A DNA stretch of 50,132 bases from a virus (lineage: Duplodnaviria; Caudoviricetes): positions 1 through 50,132 of the IMG/VR virus record IMGVR_UViG_3300044838_000066; one strand, 5' to 3'. Below are positions 17,951-28,020 of this stretch, piece after piece (positions within the stretch are counted from its first letter, which is position 1; the number at the start of each line of letters is the position of its first letter). The notes under the pieces were generated by a model, which was given only the letters and a program-made list of their open reading frames with translations, was not told the DNA's origin and searched no databases. A program made the position numbers and the translations under genes.

Positions 17951-19453
17951 ATGCTGCGTCTCATGTATAACTCCAGCCCAGAGCAGAGCGATACGTCGTC
18001 AACCGTCTCCGTGGGCGGGCAACTTGGCTCCGTGCTTACGAACCTGCTCATGTGCGGAGACATCGTTCCTGGGAGTCCTCCTAGTTACGGCTTGTGCAAA
18101 TCCATACATGCGTATCACACAATGGGGCCGGTCCTCGCTGACGCACCTATAACGCGCGCACAGAGCAAGAAGCGCGAGATAAGCGTTCCCGTCATTCTCG
18201 GCGAGCAACGTATTATCGAGCAATTCGAGAAAACATATCGGGAATTAGGGCGCGTCGGCGCTACGATCATCATTCACAACCTCGTGAAAACGAGCCGCAT
18301 CTATGGTATCGCATCGCTAGCCGTGGGCGAACGCGGCAAGCCTACGAACACGCCACTCGACCTCGCGAAAATATCCGAAGCAGACTTATTCTTTAATGTG
18401 CTTGACCCGCTGAATACAGCAGGCAGTTTAGTCCTCGAACAGGACCCTAACTCGGCAGACTTCCTCAAGCCGTCCGATACCGTGCATGTGCAAGGGCAAG
18501 CATGGCATCATTCGCGTCTATTCGTCAAAATGAACGAGCAGCCGATTTACATTGAGTGGTCTTCTTCAGGTTTCGGCTTCGTGGGACGCTCAATCTATCA
18601 GCGCGCGTTATTCCCGCTGAAATCATTCGTGCGAACGCAAATCGCAAACGAAATGGTCGCACGCAAAGCTGGGCTTCTCGTCGCAAAGATGGAATCGCCT
18701 GGCAGTATCATAGATAATAAGATATTGAATTTTTTCGGTATCAAACGCGCGGCACTCAAAGAAGGCATGACGAATGAAATCGCGTCTATCGGCATAACCG
18801 AGAGCATCGAAACGCTCAACATGCAGAACATTGATAAGGCGCTCAATACCGCGCGAGCCAATATCATCAAAGATATTGCAACGTCTGCCGGAATGCCCGC
18901 ATCAATCATCGCGCAAGAAACCATGACCGAAGGCTTTGGAGAAGGCGTTGAGGACGCGAAGAAAGAGGTCGCATATCTCAACTACATCCGCGAGGACATG
19001 CAGCCCGCGTACGACTTCGTGGACAAGATCGTCATGCGCCAAGCATGGACGAAGGAGTTTTACAATTCGCTCAAGCCGGATTACCCGGAACTAAAGCCGT
19101 ACGAGACATGGCTGTACGAGTGCATTAACTCATTCACCGCGACGTGGCCGAACCTCATGGAAGAGGCGGATAGCGAGAAAAGCAAAACCGAAAAGGTGAA
19201 AATGGAAACGGTGATCGCCGTCGCCGAAGCCGTCGCAACGCAATGCGATCCAAAAAACAAAGCGAAAACAATCGCATGGATAGCCGATAATGTGAACGCC
19301 TGCGAGCACTTATTCGCGGGGAGGCTCGACATCGACGAAGATGACCTCGCGGAATGGGCGGAAGAGAACGAAGCGGCGCAGCAAGAGGCGGCAACCGCAA
19401 CCGCAGCCGATAAGCCGTCAGGGCGACCGAGGCCGTTCGCGGCGGCATCCTAG
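17951..19453 (+). CDS. Portal protein (DUF1073-like)
   Basis: ~500 aa, located after TerL and before head morphogenesis; SRIYG, HHSRL and GFGEG motifs. Confidence 0.85.
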   Translation: MLRLMYNSSPEQSDTSSTVSVGGQLGSVLTNLLMCGDIVPGSPPSYGLCKSIHAYHTMGPVLADAPITRAQSKKREISVPVILGEQRIIEQFEKTYRELGRVGATIIIHNLVKTSRIYGIASLAVGERGKPTNTPLDLAKISEADLFFNVLDPLNTAGSLVLEQDPNSADFLKPSDTVHVQGQAWHHSRLFVKMNEQPIYIEWSSSGFGFVGRSIYQRALFPLKSFVRTQIANEMVARKAGLLVAKMESPGSIIDNKILNFFGIKRAALKEGMTNEIASIGITESIETLNMQNIDKALNTARANIIKDIATSAGMPASIIAQETMTEGFGEGVEDAKKEVAYLNYIREDMQPAYDFVDKIVMRQAWTKEFYNSLKPDYPELKPYETWLYECINSFTATWPNLMEEADSEKSKTEKVKMETVIAVAEAVATQCDPKNKAKTIAWIADNVNACEHLFAGRLDIDEDDLAEWAEENEAAQQEAATATAADKPSGRPRPFAAAS

Positions 19454-19456
19454 CGC

Positions 19457-20269
19457 ATGACCAAAGCCTTCCGCACGCTTCTCCTTGAGGCGATCCGGGA
19501 ATTCTCGACGCGCGGGTACGTGAGCGAATCCGACCTCCAGCAGTGGACCGCACGCCTCCATGCCATGATCGAGAGCGAGCTGCCCACAGACGAGGAGAGC
19601 CGGGACATCCTCGCGGGGATACTTGGGAGCGTCTATGCGAAGGAGTACCGCAGCGGCATCGCTAGGCGCGTTCCGGGCGTCTCTAGGTACACGCTAGACC
19701 GCGTAGCGCCGCACCTGCGCGCGGAACTCGACAAGCGCATCTTCGCGAGCGCCGACCTTATCCGCATTCGTAAGAAAGAGACGGTGGAGAAGACGCTAGC
19801 CCGCTTCTCGGGGTGGGCATCGTCTGTGCCGCCGGCAGGGACGTTCGACTTCTCCCCGCGAGCGCTATCCAAGCAAATAACCAAGGACGTAGTATCGTTC
19901 AAGTTCGAACGGCGGCGCGTCGCGATAGACCAGGGGCATAAGCTAGTCAGTAATATCTCGCATGTGGTTGCAATGAACGAAGGGGCAATCGCGGCAACTT
20001 GGTATGATCGTGGCGAAGACGATCACGGATACGATGCGCGCCCAGAGCATCTCAAACGCAGCGGCAAACTCTTCATCGTCAAAGATAGCTGGGCGATAAA
20101 CGAGGGGCTCATTCGCAGAGGCGCGGCTCCTTATACGGATAGCGTAGAGCAGCCCGGAGTGCCCGTGTACTGCTCGTGCTTTTGGACATGGATCGTGCAT
20201 CTCCAAGACTTGCCTGAGACAATGCTCACTGCGAAAGGCAGAGCATCTATTCGGCCTATCGCGAGCTAG
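19457..20269 (+). CDS. Head morphogenesis / minor head protein (Mu gpF / SPP1 gp7-like)
   Basis: RRVAIDQ..K, RPEH, PG...YCSC motifs; follows the portal. Confidence 0.85.
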   Translation: MTKAFRTLLLEAIREFSTRGYVSESDLQQWTARLHAMIESELPTDEESRDILAGILGSVYAKEYRSGIARRVPGVSRYTLDRVAPHLRAELDKRIFASADLIRIRKKETVEKTLARFSGWASSVPPAGTFDFSPRALSKQITKDVVSFKFERRRVAIDQGHKLVSNISHVVAMNEGAIAATWYDRGEDDHGYDARPEHLKRSGKLFIVKDSWAINEGLIRRGAAPYTDSVEQPGVPVYCSCFWTWIVHLQDLPETMLTAKGRASIRPIAS

Positions 20270-20628
20270 TCTTCCGGCTCTCTAGGCTCCCAAACCTTAT
20301 CCGCTTGGGAGCAACCTTCGTCATGTTTTTTATCCATCCGGCAAAAGCACATCGCACAACGAGGGATAACTTTCACCTTCATTTGACAATGCACATAGGC
20401 ATAATCGCCATCCCAAGTAATGCGCGTCTCAGGAAAAATAATCTCGGCGGATATTCCTGCCGCGTTCATCTCTGCAATATCCTCGAAAACCTCAAGCATC
20501 GCGCGCTTATGTTCTCGGGAGTTTGGATCATGTGCATTTATCGTTGCATTGGGGTCTCTTTTGAGAGCATTCTTCATGGATTTAGTTCTAGGTTTCCGCT
20601 TGAGATAATCTTTCAGTAATTCAGTCAT
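20266..20628 (-). CDS. Hypothetical protein
   Basis: Last gene of a tightly packed minus-strand cassette. Confidence 0.6.
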   Translation of the reverse strand: MTELLKDYLKRKPRTKSMKNALKRDPNATINAHDPNSREHKRAMLEVFEDIAEMNAAGISAEIIFPETRITWDGDYAYVHCQMKVKVIPRCAMCFCRMDKKHDEGCSQADKVWEPREPED

Positions 20629-20845
20629 TCGGCGGCTCCCCGCGCTTCACGGCTTGCGTTTGCTCCCTGAATCCCGTCGTATGCCTGGTAATATCAATTT
20701 CTTGCGGCGGATTATCTAACCGCGCGCCGCCTGCGTTCTTGTTCGGTCCGTGCGCGCCTGGTGGCACATAATGGATCGCCCATTTAATAAGGAAAGTAGC
20801 AGTAATCGCTCCTGCGGCAAAGATCGCTCCAATAATGCAGATCAT
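20621..20845 (-). CDS. Small membrane protein
   Basis: N-terminal TM helix; GGAGGAG SD. Confidence 0.65.
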   Translation of the reverse strand: MICIIGAIFAAGAITATFLIKWAIHYVPPGAHGPNKNAGGARLDNPPQEIDITRHTTGFREQTQAVKRGEPPND

Positions 20846-21123
20846 TAGGACTCCTCCGGGCGAAGATGATTTTTTATCGCATCTTCTTTTGTCCCTGAAT
20901 TACCAGAAGCATAATTTGCCCATTGGCAATTTGTCGCCGCGAGCATGAATCCGTCGTTCATAGCCTTTTCTAAAGTGGGGTTTCCAGTTTCGCACATCAG
21001 CCCAAGAAAGTATTTCGTGAGACCGTGAACGATTTCGCCATTTACTGAGCGAAAGTTCGCCTCAGATTCTGACTTGATTTTCTCCGCGAGGTCATCGGGA
21101 ATGCGGATGTGAAGATCGATCAT
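20845..21123 (-). CDS. Arc-family RHH DNA-binding protein
   Basis: LHIRIPDDLAEKIKSESEANFRSVNGEIVHGL. Confidence 0.85.
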   Translation of the reverse strand: MIDLHIRIPDDLAEKIKSESEANFRSVNGEIVHGLTKYFLGLMCETGNPTLEKAMNDGFMLAATNCQWANYASGNSGTKEDAIKNHLRPEES

Positions 21124-21274
21124 GGCGGACCCATGTCTACGAGGATGAGTTGTTCTTCGTGAATGAGTAGCGGCTCCGGAGGGTTACTTCCCCACATAGG
21201 CTCAACGTTTGTTTCAAAATCGTCACCATGCTTTTTAGCGAATGCCTCAAGCGCGTCGATCAATTCGCGGATTT

Positions 21275-21472
21275 TCATGCAGTATGCCTCAAATGATCTT
21301 CAGCTATTTTCCTCATGGCCTTCTTATCAAGTTTTTCGAGGAGAAAATAAACCCAGCCACATACGCACGAGACTTTGCTTCCAATACCAGGGCGAAAGCG
21401 CATTGATACTGCATGCGGAAACGTCGCGTCCTTTTCGACATAGATGAATGGTTCGCTCATATCGGAAGCCAT
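21275..21472 (-). CDS. Small hypothetical protein (H...CxCG...H)
   Basis: Start reassigned to MASDM to avoid overlap with the protease gene. Confidence 0.5.
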   Translation of the reverse strand: MASDMSEPFIYVEKDATFPHAVSMRFRPGIGSKVSCVCGWVYFLLEKLDKKAMRKIAEDHLRHTA

Positions 21473-21502
21473 TATCCCATTTATACCCCATAGAGGGAAG
21501 CC

Positions 21503-22972
21503 GTGCAATACCGGGCCGTTCTCGCGAGGCCGCGAATGGGCAAGCACATGCCCGAAGCCCTTTCGGACCACGAAACCGCAGAAGCGATCCGCGACGGTGC
21601 GCCGAGCCCGCAAAAGTACGGCGATTTTTGGCTGTTCGACCTGCGTGTAACCGGAACAGGCGCTGCCTACCGGGACGCGATTGACGAGTATGCCTTCCGC
21701 GATCCCGAGAAGTGGCTAACCCCTGCTTTCATCGAACGCGCAGCCTCGGTTCCCGTCATCTTCGGGCATCCCGAAAAATCCGGGCTCAACAGCGATGAGT
21801 ACCGCGAGCGCTCAATAGGCAATATGGTTCTCGCATATCGCAAGGGCGATGAGGTATGGGGCGTCGCGAAGATTTTCGATGAAGACGCGGCTCACTTGAT
21901 GCAAACGACCCATGCGAGTACTTCGCCGGGAGTGACAACCTCAAAGGGCTCTACCACCTCTACGTCGCAGGACGGTACGAAAGTCCTAAACGAAAACCTT
22001 CCTTTGATACTCGATCACCTCGCGGTATGCGAGCAAGGCGTTTGGGATCTCGGCCAAGAGCCACGCGGTATTAGGCTGGACGCAATCACGAAGGAGCAAG
22101 AAAGCAGCATGACACCCGAAGAGGAAGCCAAGCTCAAGCAAGAGCGTGATGACGCCGTTCGCCGTGCCGACGCCGCCGAGGCCAAGGAAAAAGAGCGCGA
22201 AGATAAAGCGCGCAAGGACGCCGAGGAAGAGGAAAAAGCGAAGGCCGATAAGGCCCGCAAAGATGCCGAGGCGGAAACCGAGCGCCAGGCAGTAGAGAAG
22301 GCCGAGAAAGAGAAGGCCGATGCCAAGCGCGCGGATCGCGCCAAGCGGCACGATTCCGAAAAGCACGACGGAGCGCACAATGACTGCGCCCGGTGCGACG
22401 CCTTTGAGAAAGGCGAAGTAGAAGATAAGAAAAAGGACGCTGCCGCCGCGGTTGAGACCGTGAACGCGGAAGTTGACAAGATTGCCGATGCGCAAAAGCG
22501 ACACGACGCCGATCTCAAGGCACTCCAAGCGGAAATCGCCGCGCTCAAGAAGCAGCCGACTATGGACGACGCGAACGCGATTGCAACGGCGTACCATCGC
22601 TACGATTCGATATACCAGATGCTCGGCGAGCGGGTGCCCCAGCATATGCCCGGCGAGTCGCCGATTGCATATCGCCGCCGATTGGCGGACGGCCTGCGCA
22701 AGCATACGAAGACCTGGAAAGAGCACGTCCTTCACGACGCCGTAACCGGCCCGGCATTCGACATGCTCGAGCAGTCGATTATCGACGAGGCGCTCGCCGA
22801 GGCCAAGAACCCGACGCGCACCGATGCGAACGCAGGTCGGCTCATCGAGCGAACGACCGTGCAGAACGGCAAGACGCGCACCGAGTTTTACGGCGATTCG
22901 TCCGTAGCGTTCGCGCCGTTCGAGGCTCCGGTCATGTCGTTCAAATTCAAGAAGCCTTCGAAGGCAGCGTAA
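21503..22972 (+). CDS. Prohead protease/scaffold (DUF2213-like)
   Basis: PVIFGHP, STSPG, DHLAVCEQGVWD; charged coiled-coil scaffold region; precedes the capsid genes. Confidence 0.8.
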   Translation: MQYRAVLARPRMGKHMPEALSDHETAEAIRDGAPSPQKYGDFWLFDLRVTGTGAAYRDAIDEYAFRDPEKWLTPAFIERAASVPVIFGHPEKSGLNSDEYRERSIGNMVLAYRKGDEVWGVAKIFDEDAAHLMQTTHASTSPGVTTSKGSTTSTSQDGTKVLNENLPLILDHLAVCEQGVWDLGQEPRGIRLDAITKEQESSMTPEEEAKLKQERDDAVRRADAAEAKEKEREDKARKDAEEEEKAKADKARKDAEAETERQAVEKAEKEKADAKRADRAKRHDSEKHDGAHNDCARCDAFEKGEVEDKKKDAAAAVETVNAEVDKIADAQKRHDADLKALQAEIAALKKQPTMDDANAIATAYHRYDSIYQMLGERVPQHMPGESPIAYRRRLADGLRKHTKTWKEHVLHDAVTGPAFDMLEQSIIDEALAEAKNPTRTDANAGRLIERTTVQNGKTRTEFYGDSSVAFAPFEAPVMSFKFKKPSKAA

Positions 22973-22975
22973 AAT

Positions 22976-23581
22976 ATGAGCAGCATTTCCTTTAATCCGA
23001 CAATTACAACGAACATAGCCGGCGGCTTCGTCCTCTCTACTGAGGGCTACGTCCAGGGCGTCTTCTTAGACGATCCCTCGATGCGCACGCAACTTGAGGG
23101 CGGGCAGGTCGGCAGCGGCGTTTCTCAGCCTCTCTGGGGCGGCCTAGCCGTCGCGCTCAACGTGCAGGCGGTCGGCGTCAACGCGCAAGGCTCGACTGTG
23201 ATTCCCGCGACAAGCGCGGGCACGATCGACGGTTGGACGCTTTTCAATCAGGGCATGGCGGGCATCATTACGCCGTCGTCTCAGGTTCCGCTCTACGCGG
23301 CGGGCGCGTCGATCAACTTCGCGCGGAACGGCTCGCTTTTGCGGGTTGCCGTCGCGGTCGAAAATACCACGATTCTCAACGCCCTCGCGAATGCCGCGGC
23401 GAACGTCGCGCTGTACTGGGACCCGACGAACCTGTGTATCACGAACAGCGCGGGCGGGAACTACGCGCTCCCGGCGGCTACGCAGTTGCTCGCCTTGAGC
23501 GCGACGAGTAAGACGGTAACGTACAGCGGCGGCAACGCAACCTGGAATGCGACCGGCCCGGCCGCGATCATTCGGATCTAA
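22976..23581 (+). CDS. Capsid decoration/cement protein
   Basis: ~200 aa, between protease and major capsid; beta-rich. Confidence 0.7.
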   Translation: MSSISFNPTITTNIAGGFVLSTEGYVQGVFLDDPSMRTQLEGGQVGSGVSQPLWGGLAVALNVQAVGVNAQGSTVIPATSAGTIDGWTLFNQGMAGIITPSSQVPLYAAGASINFARNGSLLRVAVAVENTTILNALANAAANVALYWDPTNLCITNSAGGNYALPAATQLLALSATSKTVTYSGGNATWNATGPAAIIRI

Positions 23582-23595
23582 GGAGCGCATAACAC

Positions 23596-24612
23596 ATGCC
23601 ATTGATCGCACCGTCTCGCGTCCTGGTTCATCCGAATCGCATCGAGCCGAACCTGATTATCACGATCGCGCAACCTTCCGGCTTCATGCAGGGCCTGGGC
23701 GGCAAGAAGCTGCGCCAGCTTCTGAGCGATAACGATAAGGTCGTCTACCAAAACCATGTGGATGTGCGTACTGCGGTAGCCGCGCAGCAGGCCGCGGCGA
23801 ACGTGCTGCCGTCCGCGACGATCACGCTGGATTACATTCAGACGCTCACCTACCTGATTCGCACGCGACAGGACTACAACGAGTTGGACGTTGCCGATGC
23901 GGGCGAATATAACGTCGCGCTTCCGGCGGCGTATCGGCTCGCGTCGCGGCAGGGTATCAACCAGTTCATTCGCGCGGCGTTCATCTACGGCGTGAATGCG
24001 AGCAACTCCGAAGGCATCATCAATACGCCGAACGCGACGGCGGTAACGCTACCTCCTGACTCCTTCGGCGATACGACGCTTCGAACGTACGACGCGGGGC
24101 AGTTAGCAATTTGGTTCAACGCGCAGATTCAGTATGCGCTTCAGTCCATGTTCCGCCTGGGTATGCCGGGCCGCGTGGTTCTCCTGGGGCCGCAACGCAT
24201 TATCGGCACGCTGCAATGGCAAGATATCGTGCAGGTTACGTCCTACCAGCGTCCCGGCGCGGGTACGGCGACGACCGGGCAAGTCGTCTCCAAGATCGGC
24301 GACGAGAACGATGTCACGATTGATTGGGCGTACGACGACACCTTGATAGGCAAGGGAGCAGGCGGTACGGACGCCGTGCTCTTGCTCGTTCCCGAAGCGG
24401 TTGTGCCGACAATCCCAGGCATCAATACGAACGAATTTGCGAAGCTTTCGCCGACGACCGACGCGATGATTTTGCAATATACGAACGTCGCCGCACCGAT
24501 CGAAATCACAACGCCGATTCCCGAAGGGCTTGACGTGGTGAGCATGCAGCGGATTACCTCGGGATGGTCACCCCGTCCAAACGCCGTGAACGTGCTTTCG
24601 CTGCCATATTAG
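23596..24612 (+). CDS. Major capsid protein
   Basis: 338 aa; strong SD (TAAGGAG); position; followed by a terminator. Confidence 0.8.
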   Translation: MPLIAPSRVLVHPNRIEPNLIITIAQPSGFMQGLGGKKLRQLLSDNDKVVYQNHVDVRTAVAAQQAAANVLPSATITLDYIQTLTYLIRTRQDYNELDVADAGEYNVALPAAYRLASRQGINQFIRAAFIYGVNASNSEGIINTPNATAVTLPPDSFGDTTLRTYDAGQLAIWFNAQIQYALQSMFRLGMPGRVVLLGPQRIIGTLQWQDIVQVTSYQRPGAGTATTGQVVSKIGDENDVTIDWAYDDTLIGKGAGGTDAVLLLVPEAVVPTIPGINTNEFAKLSPTTDAMILQYTNVAAPIEITTPIPEGLDVVSMQRITSGWSPRPNAVNVLSLPY

Positions 24613-24642
24613 CAAACTGGAAATGGGTTTCAGATAGCAACG

Positions 24643-24665
24643 AAGGCCGGATTCCCGGCCTTTTT
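24643..24665 (+). terminator. Intrinsic terminator after the major capsid gene
   Basis: AAGGCCGG-attc-CCGGCCTTTTT. Confidence 0.8.
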
Positions 24666-24682
24666 CCTTGAAAAGGAGCCGT

Positions 24683-25201
24683 ATGCAACTCCTCGTCGGC
24701 AACCCCACGCTCCAGACCGTGCATTTCCATTACCGCGTGCCGGAAGTGGAACGTGCGCTCATTGCCGAGATTCCGCCGGGAAGCCAGGCGCATCTCATGC
24801 CGATGGACTTGAGCGAAGCGCAAATCAAGGCGATCATTCCGCAACTTGAGCGCTACGGCGGCGTGCCCGAATCCGACATCGTAAACATGAAGACGGCGCA
24901 CAGCCTCGTCTTCTCCGTGCGCAAGCCGATAACGGAAAACCAGCTCAACACGGCGCGCGAGAAAGACGAGCAAATCCGCCAGAAAATCTCCGATCAGGAG
25001 ACCGAGAACGCGGGCGTTGCAACGATCCCCTCTGTTCTCCCGCCCGGCATCCAAGAGACGATGCGCAAGCAGCAACAGACTTCATCGCTCCATGTGGAGC
25101 AGATTGAGCATCTCGACGGCGAGCGCGCGGTCAAAGGCGGCGTGAATACGACCGTCACTGTCTCGAAAAAGGCCGGAGCCCGCGAGCGTAAGGAAGGCTA
25201 A
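24683..25201 (+). CDS. Virion-associated hypothetical protein
   Basis: AAGGAG SD; start reassigned to MQLLVG. Confidence 0.75.
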   Translation: MQLLVGNPTLQTVHFHYRVPEVERALIAEIPPGSQAHLMPMDLSEAQIKAIIPQLERYGGVPESDIVNMKTAHSLVFSVRKPITENQLNTAREKDEQIRQKISDQETENAGVATIPSVLPPGIQETMRKQQQTSSLHVEQIEHLDGERAVKGGVNTTVTVSKKAGARERKEG

Positions 25202-25804
25202 GTGAGCGTCACCGGCACCGGCGCGTCATCTCAGGCCGAGCAGACCGCGAACGGGATCGGTGCGGAGACACCCACGAACGGCTTCCTCTGGCCGAATCGA
25301 CCGAACATTATTGACTTCTGGTTTTGGTTGCAAACCAACGTCTCCATCCCGGAGGCCGCGCTTCCCGTAACGTCGCCCTATCCGCAGTACGCGCTATGGC
25401 AGGCGCTGGAACTTGTGCTGTGCGATCGCGGCGTATCGTCCTGGGCGACGAACCCGAACGGGGATAATTGCATCGCGCCAATGCCTCGGAACCTCTGGGG
25501 CGGCATTAGCTACACGCTGGCCGTCTATAATTGTGCGACACACCTTTTGCTCGGAATTGCACCGGATCAGCCGGGACAGAACTTCTTTACCGCAGCGCGC
25601 GCGAACAGCGGGTATTCACTCGTTAACCCGTCAACGGGGCTCATCGTAGCAGCATCCGATGTCACTACAAGCTCGACACTCACGCCCCCTAAATGGGCAT
25701 CTGGACTTACGGTTTCTCAGCTTGGATTCATGAAGACGCCTTACGGGCGCGAATATCTCGCTTACAATCAGGCTTATGGGCCGACAATCGTAGGACTCAC
25801 ATGA
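25202..25804 (+). CDS. Head-tail adaptor (DUF4054-like)
   Basis: YTLAVYNCATHLL, KTPYGREYL motifs; position. Confidence 0.7.
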   Translation: MSVTGTGASSQAEQTANGIGAETPTNGFLWPNRPNIIDFWFWLQTNVSIPEAALPVTSPYPQYALWQALELVLCDRGVSSWATNPNGDNCIAPMPRNLWGGISYTLAVYNCATHLLLGIAPDQPGQNFFTAARANSGYSLVNPSTGLIVAASDVTTSSTLTPPKWASGLTVSQLGFMKTPYGREYLAYNQAYGPTIVGLT

Positions 25805-26001
25805 ATCCTTGGATATGCCCACGCTGCTCACAAGTAAACGGGCCTATGGCGATGGTGTGCATGAATTCACGATGCGGCAAGCTTACCATTACCGGAACAG
25901 GCACAACAGTTTTTCCCACGCCATCAACTTGCAGGTTCTGTAAAAAGCCGTTACCCTGCGGAGAAACGCATGTAACATGCGGCGTAATGGGAGTAACCTA
26001 A
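25801..26001 (+). CDS. Small Cys-rich protein
   Basis: MNPWICPRC; ATGA overlap. Confidence 0.6.
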   Translation: MNPWICPRCSQVNGPMAMVCMNSRCGKLTITGTGTTVFPTPSTCRFCKKPLPCGETHVTCGVMGVT

Positions 26002-26002
26002 C

Positions 26003-26125
26003 ATGGAATCCGCATTCACCCTGCACGGATTCTTTGACGACGTGCTCATCGGCTTCGCGTTCGCCGTTGGATTCGGCATTGCAAATGCGATCTTTCGCCT
26101 CATCGGCGGCGGGCGCGTGCCGTAA
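26003..26125 (+). CDS. 40-aa membrane peptide (not in ORF track)
   Basis: MESAFTLHGFFDDVLIGFAFAVGFGIANAIFRLIGGGRVP; GGAG SD. Confidence 0.55.
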   Translation: MESAFTLHGFFDDVLIGFAFAVGFGIANAIFRLIGGGRVP

Positions 26126-26415
26126 TGTATTGTCAGTATTGCTCTACTGAGATGCGCGAGGTGGATCAATGGGTACAAAACGATAGCGGCGATGGAGAGT
26201 ATTGCACGCGATGGTATGTTTGCGTCAATGAGCATTGTTCTGGAAGAACGAGGCGCTAAGTGCCGTCAATCGACGAACCCCAAATCGTCTCCGTCTGGTG
26301 GACGTGCCTAGCTTCTCGCACGGATGAATGCGGAGACTTCCTTGCGCTCGCAAGCGAAGATACGCCTTCATGTCCTGACTGCGGAGAGATAGCATGTGAA
26401 AGGATTTTTTACTAA

Positions 26416-26952
26416 ATGCCTACGCTTCATCTCGGCGTTTTGGACGTGGCTTATTCAGACGCGAACGGCGGCGATCCGAATACGACCACTGGCGAAGTCG
26501 CGGAGAAGCTTGAGAAAAAGTATCACGTCATGGAGATTTTCTATGATTCGCGCAAGCATTCGATAGCGGACTATCTCGCGGAAGACATGGCCGCGTCGCT
26601 TAATAATCTCATTAAGCGCGGCAAGGCCATTAAGGGAAGCGGCACAGTGACAACGCTCAGACTCAAACAGTGGTATGAAAAAAAAGGCGAGCAGCGCGTC
26701 CTCACGAGCGAGCAATCATCACTCACATACGGCGCAGATCAAAAAATAGAGCGCGACTTCCGCAAGTTCATATTTTCCAATGAAATGCAGAAGTTGAGCC
26801 TTGCGCTTACAGGTGCGCCGACGTCGCAAGCAGCGGCAAGCGGAGTTAATCATCGGTTCAAGCGGCCCTACGCGCGCAAGAATAAGGCTCGTCCGGCGTT
26901 TGTGGATACGGGAACCTACGTCGCGGCATTTCGCGCATGGACTCAGCGGTAA
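26416..26952 (+). CDS. Neck / tail completion protein
   Basis: C-terminal RPAFVDTGTY motif; position. Confidence 0.7.
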   Translation: MPTLHLGVLDVAYSDANGGDPNTTTGEVAEKLEKKYHVMEIFYDSRKHSIADYLAEDMAASLNNLIKRGKAIKGSGTVTTLRLKQWYEKKGEQRVLTSEQSSLTYGADQKIERDFRKFIFSNEMQKLSLALTGAPTSQAAASGVNHRFKRPYARKNKARPAFVDTGTYVAAFRAWTQR

Positions 26953-26955
26953 GAA

Positions 26956-28020
26956 GTGCCAAGCGCGCAAGAGGCTTCCGGCCAACAATCGGCGATCCAA
27001 TCGGCATTAGACGCGGGCCTGAATTCCATTGCTCAACGGCAACAAGTTCAGTTCCAAAAATATTCCCGCCTCGCGCTCGCGTCGGATGGAAGCGTCTTTT
27101 GGGTTGCGCAACAAGCCGTCGTTATGACCGCGATAGGATCGCTTCATTACGCGACGGACAGAGAGCAATCGGAAACCAGCACCCTCGGATTATCGGATGT
27201 GATCTTCAGCTCGGAATCTGAGATAACGCAGTTCTCGGCGATTGCTCCTGATTTTATGTGGATTGGGCGATGGGATATTCCGAACGCGCCGCCGTTGCGC
27301 GTCGCATTTTCGCACCTGGGCAACCTCTTTCGAGAGGCTGACATTTATCATTACACCGGCACGGCGATCACGGCGATCATGCTGCCGAACATCATCGACA
27401 ATCCCGCCGACATCCCCGCGGGGCCTATCGTGTCGAATAGCCTGCCGATATGGTTAGCACAGACCAATCTGACTGGACAGGCGGTGCCGATTTTCCCCAG
27501 TTTTTTGATTCCCGAAAATCTGCCTCCACCATATATCGCAGTGCATATCGAGCCGAGCATGACGGAATCATTGTCGGCTGCTCCCCTGATTGGCCCTTGG
27601 CCGGGAACGATCGAACCGAACAGCGGAGCATCGCCGCTGCACGAAATGCCCGCATCGCAGCTTTACCGCGACGAGGTAACGCTTACGCTCTACGGCTTCT
27701 CAAATCAGGCTGCTTGGCAATGGTGGGTCGCGCTCATCGAAGCATCCGCCAGCGGAACCGCGCCGTTCGGATTCGCAAACTCCCCAGCGATTCAGGATGA
27801 AAAGCATCTTTCCAGAGAATTGGCGGCAATCGCGCAAAAGAAAATCTTGCACATCAGCGCCAACTACCTCCAAGGCGCCGCCAACGCGGTAGCCCGCAGG
27901 CTCATCCTGGAAGCGATGCTCTCGGAGATTACCGTCATCGGGGGCGTGACGCCGACCGGGACAGGGGCAAGCATCCAGCCCCCGCCAATGGTATCGTCCA
28001 TGGGGAACGTGTTTGACTAG
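26956..28020 (+). CDS. Neck protein (head closure / tail terminator-like)
   Basis: Position; long clean ORF. C-terminus ends in one copy of the Q-repeat seen in 30447 and 31951. Confidence 0.7.
   Translation: MPSAQEASGQQSAIQSALDAGLNSIAQRQQVQFQKYSRLALASDGSVFWVAQQAVVMTAIGSLHYATDREQSETSTLGLSDVIFSSESEITQFSAIAPDFMWIGRWDIPNAPPLRVAFSHLGNLFREADIYHYTGTAITAIMLPNIIDNPADIPAGPIVSNSLPIWLAQTNLTGQAVPIFPSFLIPENLPPPYIAVHIEPSMTESLSAAPLIGPWPGTIEPNSGASPLHEMPASQLYRDEVTLTLYGFSNQAAWQWWVALIEASASGTAPFGFANSPAIQDEKHLSRELAAIAQKKILHISANYLQGAANAVARRLILEAMLSEITVIGGVTPTGTGASIQPPPMVSSMGNVFD

Noticed and set aside
17951-19453. Anti-CBASS Acb1 label sometimes attached to DUF1073 proteins
   Set aside because: No additional 2H phosphodiesterase domain apparent; position and size indicate portal.
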